From the NCBI GenBank assembly GCA_963822945.1, contig CAWGJO010000020.1, positions 384,001 through 448,000 of the forward strand: a stretch of DNA of 64,000 bases, read 5' to 3'. The stretch is from an uncultured Gemmatimonadaceae bacterium (lineage in GTDB: Bacteria; Gemmatimonadota; Gemmatimonadetes; Gemmatimonadales; Gemmatimonadaceae). Under the pieces are notes generated by a model that saw only the letters and a list, made by a program, of their open reading frames with translations, was not told the DNA's origin and made no database searches. This document shows, one piece after another, positions 9,806-18,926 of this stretch. Position numbers and translations under genes: made by a program. Positions within the stretch are counted from its first letter, which is position 1. Every line of letters starts with the position of its first letter.

Positions 9806-11523
9806 CTCTTCGGGCCGGCGGCCATCGCCCGCTGCATGGCCTGCTCCAACTGCTCCATGGTGAACGGCTTGCCCAGGAACGGCGTCTGGTGATCGCGGAG
9901 TTCGCCCCGCGTGAACTCCTCGGCGTGCCCGGAGATGAAGAGGACGTGCACGTTGGGCCGCAGCGCCACGAATGCGTCGCGAAGTTCCAGCCCCGTCATG
10001 CCGGGCATCCGGATGTCGGTGATCAGCAGGTCGATGTGCTCGTTGAACATCCGGTTCAACTGCAGCGCCTGCTCCCCGGACGCCGCGTCGAGCACGGTGT
10101 GCCGTTGGCGTTCGAGCGTCCGGCGGATCATGTCGCGCACCGCCTCGTCGTCGTCCACGAGCATGATCGTGAGCCGGGGCGTGGGCGCCGCACGGGGCAC
10201 GTCGAGCGGGCGGGTGCCCGGTCGCGATTCCTTGCTGGGGCCACCGGGCACGAGCCGGAGCACCGGCGTGCCGGTGGGTTCCGACGGCTGGCGGGGCGTC
10301 GGCGACGGCGTGGCTCTGCCGGATGCCGGTGCCTCGTGCTCACCCGACGTCGCATCCGACGAGGCGCTCGCCAGCGCGGCCAGATCGGCTTCCGTGGCCT
10401 CGTACCGGGGCAGGTAGACCGAGAATGTGGTGCCTTTGTCGGACGTGCTGGTCGGCCACACGTAGCCGCCACTCTGCTTGACGATTCCGAATACCGTGGC
10501 GAGCCCGAGCCCCGTGCCGGCTTCCTTGGTCGTGTAGAACGGGTCGAATGCCCGGCTGAGCGTGAGCGGATTCATGCCCCCGCCGGTGTCGATCACGTCG
10601 AGCCGGACGTAGGGTCCCGGGCGCGGCGACACGCCCCACCGCGTGAACTCCTGCTCGAGGTCCACGGTGCTCGTCTTGAGGACGATCTTCCCCCGCTCGA
10701 CGATGGCGTCGCGGGCATTCATCACGAGGTTGAGCACCACCTGTTCGAGCTGCGTGGGGTCGACCATCACGAACCCGACGTCCTCGCCCGGCTCGAGGGT
10801 GAGTTCGATGTTGCTCGCCGCCAGTACGCGCAGCATGGTGTGCATCTGCTCGAGGCGCGCGTTCAGATCGACGATCTGCGGGCGCAACAATTGCCGCCGG
10901 CTGAACGCGAGCAGCTGGCCGGTGAGGCCTGCCGCGCGCTCGGCGGCCTTCACGATCTCGGTCACGCATTCTTCCGCCGCCTCGTTCTCCCCCACCGCTT
11001 CGAGCAGCAGGGACGAGAAGCCCTTGATCGCCGTGAGGAGGTTGTTGAAGTCGTGCGCCACACCGCCGGCCAGCAGCCCGACCGCCTCCATCTTCTGCGC
11101 GTTGCGCATGCGAATCTCGATCTGCCGGCGCTCGGTGACGTCCACGAACATCCCCATGACGCCCACCACGTCACCGTCGCGATCGCGGAGCGCGGCCGTA
11201 TGCACCAGTACGTTCACCCGCGAGCCGTCGCGCCGCACGCGCACCGCCTCGGTGCCGCGGGTCGGATTCCCCTCGGTGGCCTTTCGAATGAACTCGAACA
11301 TCTTGGGAATGGCGTCCGGCGGAACGTGCGGCGGGGTCTGCCCGACGACCTCCTCTTCCTTCCAGCCGAACAGCCGCTCCGCCTCGGGATTCCACATCAG
11401 CACCTTGCCGTCGAGATCGACGACGAGAATCGCGAGCGGCGACTGTTTGAGGAGTTCGCCGAACGGCTCGAGCGCCGGCGGCAACTTCCGTCCCGATCCG
11501 GGTGATTGTCGGCGATCAGCCAT
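9802..11523 (-). CDS. PAS-domain hybrid sensor histidine kinase/response regulator
   Basis: PAS; H-box LAGGVAHDFNNLL; NARDA; GTGLGLATV; receiver LLITDIRMPGM. Confidence 0.93.
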   Translation of the reverse strand: MADRRQSPGSGRKLPPALEPFGELLKQSPLAILVVDLDGKVLMWNPEAERLFGWKEEEVVGQTPPHVPPDAIPKMFEFIRKATEGNPTRGTEAVRVRRDGSRVNVLVHTAALRDRDGDVVGVMGMFVDVTERRQIEIRMRNAQKMEAVGLLAGGVAHDFNNLLTAIKGFSSLLLEAVGENEAAEECVTEIVKAAERAAGLTGQLLAFSRRQLLRPQIVDLNARLEQMHTMLRVLAASNIELTLEPGEDVGFVMVDPTQLEQVVLNLVMNARDAIVERGKIVLKTSTVDLEQEFTRWGVSPRPGPYVRLDVIDTGGGMNPLTLSRAFDPFYTTKEAGTGLGLATVFGIVKQSGGYVWPTSTSDKGTTFSVYLPRYEATEADLAALASASSDATSGEHEAPASGRATPSPTPRQPSEPTGTPVLRLVPGGPSKESRPGTRPLDVPRAAPTPRLTIMLVDDDEAVRDMIRRTLERQRHTVLDAASGEQALQLNRMFNEHIDLLITDIRMPGMTGLELRDAFVALRPNVHVLFISGHAEEFTRGELRDHQTPFLGKPFTMEQLEQAMQRAMAAGPKS

Positions 11524-11566
11524 GAAGCATCGGTGCCTGGTATGGGCGGAGACCCTGCCGGCTCGC

Positions 11567-11596
11567 TTGCTTCGCCGACCAGCGGTCCGTTAATAT
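11567..11596 (+). promoter_or_regulatory. Putative sigma70 promoter of the metH operon
   Basis: TTGCTT (11567-11572), 18-nt spacer, TAATAT (11591-11596), directly upstream of the riboswitch. Confidence 0.45.
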
Positions 11597-11612
11597 GCTC
11601 ATCACATTCGTT

Positions 11613-11662
11613 CGTGGCGATTTCCGGCAAATTGCGGCCACGTTAAACAATCGCTAAAGCGC
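11613..11662 (+). ncRNA. SAM-II (SAM_alpha-like) riboswitch aptamer
   Basis: CGTGGC/GCCACG P1 stem with GATTT, TTGC, TAAA and GCTAAA motifs in SAM-II order, upstream of methionine synthase; recognised by eye, no covariance search run. Confidence 0.8.
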
Positions 11663-11700
11663 CCGGCTCGGCGCTCTTGGCTCCGGGCCTTTTTCGTTTT
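11661..11700 (+). terminator. Terminator-like hairpin after the riboswitch
   Basis: GCCCGG...CCGGGC imperfect stem followed by CTTTTTCGTTTT. Confidence 0.55.
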
Positions 11701-11711
11701 CCCAACGGCCG

Positions 11712-14700
11712 ATGTCCACTCCGCCCCGATCCCATCCGTATCTCCATGCCCTCACGACGCGGGTTCTCGTGTTCGACGGCGCCATGGGTACCAATATTCA
11801 GCGATATCATCCCTCGGCGGAAGACTTCGGCGGGAAGCAGCTGGAAGGGTGTAACGACCACCTGGTGCTCAGCCGTCCCGCCATGATTCGCGAGATCCAC
11901 GAATCGTTCCTCGCCGTCGGGTGCGACGTGGTGGAAACGTGCACCTTCCAGTCCACGCCCCACCGGCTCCGCGAATGGGGCATCGAGCCCCGGACGCACG
12001 AACTGAACGTCGCCGCGGCCCGCCTGGCCCGGGCGGCCTGCGATCGCTTCGCCACCCCCGCCCATCCGCGGTTCGTGGCCGGCTCCATCGGCCCCACCGG
12101 CATGCTGCCCTCCAGCAGCGACCCCGCACTCTCGAACATCACCTTCGCGCAACTCTCCGACACGTACTACGCACAGGCCCGCGCGCTCGTCGAGGGCGGC
12201 GTCGACCTGCTACTCATCGAGACCGCCCAGGACATCCTCGAGGTGAAGGCGGCGATCGGCGGCTTCGAACGGCTGTTCGCGGAGATCGGACGCCGGGTGC
12301 CGATCCAGGCGCAGGTGACGCTCGACGTGAGTGGACGAATGCTCCTCGGCACCGACGTGGCCAGCGCGCTCACCACGCTCGAAGCGCTCCGCGTGGACGT
12401 GATCGGCCTGAACTGCTCCACCGGCCCCGAGCACATGCGCGAGCCGATCCGGTATCTCACCGAGAACGCCTCGCGGCCCATCTCCTGCATTCCCAACGCC
12501 GGGCTGCCGATCAACACGGGCACCGGCGACGCGGTGTACCCGCTGGAACCGGAGCCGATGGCGCAGATGCTGGCCGAATTCGTGGCGGACTTCGGCGTCC
12601 GCGTGGTGGGCGGCTGCTGCGGCACGACGCCGGAACATCTGGAGGCCATCGTCGCCGCGTCCGGGAACAGGCCGGCGCCGACCGCCCGTGGGAGCCGCGC
12701 CCGGCCGCCCACGTGCCCCGCGTATCGTCGGCCATGCGGGCCACCACGCTCGAACAGCAGCCGCCGCCACTGCTCATCGGGGAGCGCGTCAACGCCCAGG
12801 GCTCCCGCAAGGTCAAGCGTCTGCTGCTGGCCGAGGACTACGAGGGAATCGTCGAGGTGGCCCGAGAGCAGCAGGAGGCGGGGGCCCACGTGCTCGACGT
12901 GTGCGTGGCCGTCACCGAGCGTGCCGACGAGGCCGAGCAGATGGCGACGCTCGTCAAGCTGTTGTCGATGAGCGTGGAACTGCCGCTGATGATCGATTCC
13001 ACCGAGCCGGCCGTGCTCGAAGCGGCGCTGGAACACGTGCCGGGCCGCGCGATCATCAACTCGATCAACATGGAGAACGGCCGCGCCCGGATCGATGCCG
13101 TGGTCCCGATCGCCAAGCGCCACGGCGCCGCGCTCGTCGCCCTCACCATCGACGAACAGGGCATGGCCAAGACCCGCGAGCGCAAGCTCGAGGTGGCCCG
13201 CAACATCTACGACCTCGTGGTCGGCGAGTACGAACTCGCCGCCGAGGACCTGATCTACGACGACCTCACGTTCACCCTGGCCACCGGCGACGCCGAATGG
13301 ATCGACTCGGCGAAGGAAACGATCGAGGGCATCCGCCTGATCAAGCGGGAGCTGCCGGGCGTCTTCACCTCGCTCGGCGTCTCGAACGTGAGCTTCGGGC
13401 TGTCGCCCGCGGCCCGCGCCGTGCTCAACTCGGTGTTCCTGCACCACTGCGTGGAAGCCGGCCTCGACATGGCCATCGTCAACCCGGCCCACATCGTGCC
13501 CTACGCGGAGATCTCGGAAGCGGAGCGCGCCCTGGCCGACGACCTCGTGTTCAATCGCCACCCGGACGCACTGCAACGGTTCATCGACCATTTCTCCGCC
13601 CGCGGCGCCGAACCCGTGGGCGCCGGCTCCACCGCCGACGATCCGACGGCGTCGATGACGCCGGAGGCGAAAGCCCACTGGATGGTCGTCCACCGCAAGA
13701 AGGACGGCATCGAGGAAGTGCTCGATGCCGCGGGCGTGCGGCAGAATCCGTGCGCGTGCTCAACGAAGTGCTGCTGCCGGCCATGAAGGAGGTGGGCGAC
13801 AAGTTCGGCGCCGGCGATCTGATCCTGCCCGTTCGTGCTGCAGTCGGCCGAGGTGATGAAGAAGGCGGTCCGCAACTCGGAGCAGTTTATCGAGAAGGCG
13901 GAGGGCTACACCAAGGGCCGCGTGGTGCTCGCCACCGTCTATGGCGACGTGCACGACATCGGCAAGATCGCTCGTCAACACGATTCTCTCCAACAACGGC
14001 TATACCGTGCTTCGACCTCGGCAAGCAGGTGCCGGTGAACACGATCATCGAGAAGGCGCAGGAGGTGAACGCCGACGCCATCGGGCTGTCGGCCCTGCTC
14101 GTCTCGACGTCCAAGCAGATGCCGCTGTGCGTGCAGGAACTCGACAAGCGCGGCCTGCGCATTCCCGTGCTCATCGGCGGCGCCGCGATCAACCGCCGGT
14201 TCGGGCGCCGCGCCATGTTCGTGGAGGGGGAGCGCGCCTACGAATCGGGCGTGTTCTACTGCAAGGATGCGTTCGAGGGGCTGGAGACGATGGACGCGCT
14301 CCAGGACCCCGATCGCCGGGCCGGCGTGACGGCAAAGCTGCTCGACGACGCGCGCCGGGACGTGTTCCTGCGTGCGCGGCGTGGGCAAGGATGTGCGCGC
14401 CGGCACCGACGACGAGCGCCGGAGCGGCGTGCGCGCCGACCATCCGGTGCCCACCGCACCCTTCTACGGAACGCGTACGCTGCGCGAGATCCCGCTCGAC
14501 GAGGTGTTCGAACTCCTCGACCTCGACGAACTGTATCGCCTGCAGTGGGGCGCCCGCGGATCGGGCGAGGCCTTCGATCGCATGGTGCGCGAGGAGTTCG
14601 AGCCGACGCTCGAACGCCTCGAAACCCGCGTTCGCCGCGAGGCGCTGCTCGTCCCCCAGGCGGTGTACGGCTACTTCCCCGCGCAGGCGAGCGGCAACGC

Positions 14701-15235
14701 CGTGGTCGTGTACGACCCGGCGGCTTATGCCAGCGACGGCACGGCCACCGAGATCGCGCGGTTCACCTTCCCGCGCCAGGACGGCCGCGAGCGGCTCTGC
14801 ATCGCCGACTACTTCCGCCCCGTCGAATCGGGCGAGATGGACGTCGTCGCGCTGCAGGTGGTCACCGTGGGCGACCACGCCACACGCGAGTTCGACCGCC
14901 TCCAGCAGGCAGGCGAGTATACCGAGGCGTACTACCTGCACGGGCTCGCCGTGGAGACCGCCGAAGCGACCGCCGAGTGGCTGCACCGCCGCACGCGCCA
15001 CGAACTCGGCATCCCCGGCGGGCGCGGCAAGCGCTATTCGTGGGGCTACGGTGCCTGCCCCGACCTCGAGGACCACGAGCTGGTCTTCCGGCTGCTGCCG
15101 GTGGAGCGAGAACTCGGCATGACGCTCACTGCGGCGCACCAACTGGTGCCCGAGCAGAGCACGGCCGCCATCATCGTGCACCACCCCGACGCCAAGTACT
15201 ACGCGGTCCGCGTCGCCGCCGGGGCCACCGCATGA
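11712..15235 (+). CDS. metH: Cobalamin-dependent methionine synthase, split by at least 6 frameshifts (probable assembly errors)
   Basis: Hcy domain (DGAMGT, GLNCSTGP, GGCCGTTPEH), pterin domain (IGERVNAQGS, LGVSNVSFG), B12 domain (GDVHDIGK, GLSALL), activation domain (RYSWGYGACPDL) found in successive frames. Confidence 0.93.
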
Positions 15236-17100
15236 GCACGCCCAACTCGCTGGCGCGATTCCTCGATCCCGCGCGCATCATCGTCTTCGACGGCGCGATG
15301 GGCACCATGCTCTACGCGCGCGGGGTCTTCATCAACCAGTGCTACGACGAACTCAACGTGCGCGCCCCCGAGCTGGTGCGCGCCGTGCACGACGAATACG
15401 CGCGGGCCGGCGCCGACGTGCTCGAGACCAACAGCTTCGGCGCCAACCGGCTGAAACTCGCGCAACACGGGCTCGAAGCGCAGGTCCACGAACTGAACCG
15501 GGCCGCCGCGCGCATCGCCCGCGACGTGGCCGGCGATCGCGACGTGCTGGTGGCCGGCGCCGTGGGGCCGCTCGGGGTGCGGCTCGAACCATTCGGCCCC
15601 ACCAGCCTCGACGAGGCGCGCGTCTACTTCCGCGAACAGATGCATGGGCTGCTCGACGGCGGCGCCGAACTGTTCATCCTCGAGACCTTCGGCGACCTTC
15701 ACGAGATCGAACAGGCCATCCGCGCCGCGAAGGAGGTGGATGCCACGATCCCCGTCGTGGCGCAGATGACCATCGGCGTGGACGGGCTCAGCCCGTACGG
15801 TGCCACGCCCGAGGACATCGCGCGGTCGCTCGACGCCTGGGGCGCCGACGTGGTCGGCCTCAACTGCTCGGTGGGCCCGCAGGCGATTCTCGAGGCCATC
15901 GAACGCATGGCGCCGGTGACGCAGCGCAAGCTCAGCGCCCAGCCCAACGCGGGCATGCCCCGCCAGGTGGACGGCCGCAACATGTACATGGCGAGCCCCG
16001 AGTACATGGCCACGTATGCGCGCCACCTGGTCCAGGCCGGCGCGAAGGTCGTCGGCGGATGCTGCGGCACCACACCCGCCCACATCCGCGCAATCGCCGA
16101 GGGGGTCCGGCCCCTGGCGCCCCGACTGGCCGAGGCCCGGACCCGTCCCGAGGTGGTGGCCGCCGTCGCGGCGCGCGCGACGGCCCCGCTCCCCGACGTC
16201 GTCCCGCTGGCCGAGCGCTCGCGCTGGGGTGCCCGTCTCGCGGCGGGCGACTTCGCCACGTCCGTGGAGATCGTGCCGCCGCGCGGGGTCGACGCCACCC
16301 GCATGCTCGACGACGTCCGGCGGCTCAAGGCGGCCGGCATCGACGCCGTGAACGTTCCCGACGGGCCCCGCGCCCAGAGCCGCATGGGTGCGCTGCTCAC
16401 CAGCGTGCTCATCCAGCAGCAGGTGGGCATCGAAGCCGTGACTCACTACGCCTGCCGCGATCGCAATCTGTTGGGAATGCTCTCCGACCTCCTCGGCGCC
16501 TCGGCCATCGGCCTTCGCAACCTCCTGCTCGTCACCGGCGACCCGCCCAAAATGGGCCCCTATCCCGACGCCACGGCGGTGTTCGACATCGATTCGATCG
16601 GCCTCGCCAACCTCGTGCACAATCTCAACCGTGGGCTCGATCCGGGCGGCAACCAGATCGGACGACCCACGCAGTTCGTGATCGGCGTCGGCGTGAACCC
16701 GGCAGCCGTCGACCTGGATCACGAGATCAAGCGGTTCGAATGGAAGGTGGACGCCGGCGCCGAATTCGCGATCACGCAGCCGGTGTTCGACGTGGACCAG
16801 CTGGAGCTGTTCCTGGCCCGCATCGCGCACGTGCGGATCCCGGTGATCGCGGGCATCTGGCCGCTGGTGTCGGTGCGCAACGCCGAGTTCCTGGCCAACG
16901 AGGTGCCCGGGGTCACGGTGCCCGAGCCCATCATCGCCAGAATGCGGATCGCCAACGAGCGCTCGCGCGACGCCGCCGTGGCCGAGGGCATCGCCATCGC
17001 CCGGGAGATGCTCGACCGCGTGCGGCCGGTGCTTCAGGGCGCCCAGGTGTCCGCGCCGTTCGGCAAGGTGGAGCTGGCGCTGGAAGTCTTCGGCCGATAG
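15232..17100 (+). CDS. Bifunctional homocysteine S-methyltransferase / 5,10-methylenetetrahydrofolate reductase (YitJ-like)
   Basis: FDGAMGTML, GLNCSVGP, GGCCGTTPAH followed by MTHFR motifs HYACRDRN, VTGDPP, ITQPVFD; ATGA overlap with metH. Confidence 0.93.
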   Translation: MSTPNSLARFLDPARIIVFDGAMGTMLYARGVFINQCYDELNVRAPELVRAVHDEYARAGADVLETNSFGANRLKLAQHGLEAQVHELNRAAARIARDVAGDRDVLVAGAVGPLGVRLEPFGPTSLDEARVYFREQMHGLLDGGAELFILETFGDLHEIEQAIRAAKEVDATIPVVAQMTIGVDGLSPYGATPEDIARSLDAWGADVVGLNCSVGPQAILEAIERMAPVTQRKLSAQPNAGMPRQVDGRNMYMASPEYMATYARHLVQAGAKVVGGCCGTTPAHIRAIAEGVRPLAPRLAEARTRPEVVAAVAARATAPLPDVVPLAERSRWGARLAAGDFATSVEIVPPRGVDATRMLDDVRRLKAAGIDAVNVPDGPRAQSRMGALLTSVLIQQQVGIEAVTHYACRDRNLLGMLSDLLGASAIGLRNLLLVTGDPPKMGPYPDATAVFDIDSIGLANLVHNLNRGLDPGGNQIGRPTQFVIGVGVNPAAVDLDHEIKRFEWKVDAGAEFAITQPVFDVDQLELFLARIAHVRIPVIAGIWPLVSVRNAEFLANEVPGVTVPEPIIARMRIANERSRDAAVAEGIAIAREMLDRVRPVLQGAQVSAPFGKVELALEVFGR

Positions 17101-17317
17101 GGGCATGCGGGGCGCCGCGAGGCGTGCGACTCCCGCGGCGACGCGGGATCGCGCTGATGCCGGCCGCAAAAGGGTTGCACGAATCTCGTGGGGGTTCCAT
17201 TAGTTGTGGAGCGGCACCTGGAATCATTCGCGTGACGAAGCCGTTCCGCGCGTGTTTGAACGCTGGCCATCCGACCCGACCGCGGCGGGCGGCGAATCTC
17301 GCGCCGATCACGTTGCC

Positions 17318-17608
17318 ATGGACCTGCGACCGACGAATCCCGAACACCGTACTCTAAATGGACTCGGCGACTCCGGGGCGCGCATCGTCGTAGACCACGA
17401 CCGCGTGGAATGGGAGGTCTACGACGAGAGCCAGTGGGACTTCCGCATGGCGCTCGACTGGGACGCGTTGCCGCAGACCGAGAACCCGGGACTGATCTTC
17501 TCGTCGCGCGTCGACCGGCGGCGTGTGTGGCCGGCCCCGGTGGATTGGCAGCGGATGACGGACGACCAGCTACTGGCGCTGTGCGTGAACGCGCGGTCGA
17601 TGTTCTGA
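17318..17608 (+). CDS. Hypothetical Trp-rich small protein (96 aa)
   Basis: ATG at 17318; protein-like sequence VEWEVYDESQW...LIFSSRVDRRRVWPAPVDWQRMTDDQLLALC. Confidence 0.65.
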   Translation: MDLRPTNPEHRTLNGLGDSGARIVVDHDRVEWEVYDESQWDFRMALDWDALPQTENPGLIFSSRVDRRRVWPAPVDWQRMTDDQLLALCVNARSMF

Positions 17609-17609
17609 C

Positions 17610-17685
17610 GGCAGTCTCGGGTCGGCAGTCGAATGTCGGCGGTGACTGTCCACCAGCGACTGTGAACCGATGACGCTCGACTGCT
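17610..17685. repeat. Inverted arrays of degenerate 7-bp repeats (NNNNGTC / GACNNNN)
   Basis: GGCAGTC TCGGGTC GGCAGTC GAATGTC then GACTGTC CACCAGC GACTGTG AACCGAT GACGCTC GACTGCT. Confidence 0.7.
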
Positions 17686-17746
17686 GGTGGCCCATTGGCC
17701 GTCGCCGGGGCGTATATTTCGGCGGACCCCTACCCCTACCGCTGCC

Positions 17747-18914
17747 ATGTCTCAGGATACCGCCGCCGCCCGCGCCCCGCTCACGATTCTCTCCGACGAC
17801 GAAATCATGTTCCGCGACGCCGTCGCGGGCCTGGCAGAGGAGATGGTGCGACCGCGCGTGCAGGACATGGAACGCGCCGGCAAGATCGACCCCGAACTGA
17901 CCCGGGCCTTCGCCGAGATGGGGCTGATGGGAATCGAGGTGGCGGAGGAGTACGGCGGCGCCGACGGCACCCTGATGATGGTCACCCTGGCCGTCGAGGA
18001 GTTGAGCAAGGTCGACGCGTCGGCGGCCATCCAGGTCGACGTGCTCAACACGCTGGTCAACTACCCCATCCGCACCTACGGCAGCGACTACATCAAGTCC
18101 ACCTATCTGCCCCGCCTGACCAGCGGTACGATCGGCGCGTACGCCCTGTCCGAGCCGGGCTCGGGCTCCGACGCCTTCGGCCTGGCCACGCGCGCCGAGC
18201 AGAAGGGCGACACGTGGATCCTCAATGGCCGCAAGATGTGGATCACCAACGGCGCCGAAGCGGAGATCTACGTGATCTTCGCGAATGCGAATCCGGGCGC
18301 CGGCTACAAGGGCATCACGGCGTTCATCGTGGAACGCGGGTTCCCCGGCTTCAGCGTGGGAAAGAAGGAAGACAAGATGGGCATCCGCGCTTCCAGCACC
18401 ACCGAGTTGATTCTCGAGGGCGTCGAGGTACCGGCGAAGAACGTGCTGGGACCGGTCGGCCAGGGTTACAAGGTGGCCATCGAGACGCTCAACGAGGGGC
18501 GCATCGGCATCGGCGCGCAGATGATCGGCGTGGCACAGGGCGCGCTCAAGGCCGCGACCGACTACGTGAAGGAGCGCCAGCAGTTCGGCAAGGCGCTGGC
18601 CGAGTTCCAGGGCATCCAGTTCCAGCTGGCCCAGGCGCGCACGGAGGTGGAGGCCGCGCGCCTCATGGTGTACAACGCCGCCCGGCTCAAGGACGCCGGC
18701 CACGACATCGCCATGGAAGGCGCGATGGCCAAGCTCTACGCGTCGCAGGTGTGCGAGCGCGTGACCTCCGATCTCCCTGGAGCTGTTCGGCGGCTACGGC
18801 TACACCAAGGACTTCCCGGCCGAGAAGTTCTATCGCGACGCCAAGATCGGCGCGATCTACGAGGGAACGTCCAACATGCAGCTCCAGACGATCGCCAAGC
18901 AGATGCTGCGGTAG
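17747..18914 (+). CDS. Acyl-CoA dehydrogenase (short/branched-chain type), one frameshift near 18768
   Basis: [38 protein letters not shown]-terminus [35 protein letters not shown] in shifted frame, TAG at 18914. Confidence 0.92.
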
Positions 18915-18926
18915 GCGCGCCGCCGC

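Noticed and set aside
11712..15235. Programmed ribosomal frameshifting in metH
   Set aside because: At least six shifts in both directions, no slippery heptamers seen, and similar indels in unrelated genes
12688..17100. 1470-aa ORF as a giant MetH-MTHFR fusion
   Set aside because: Mostly off-frame Arg/Gly-rich translation, with only two short true MetH stretches caused by indels; the real second gene starts at ATG 15232, overlapping the metH stop
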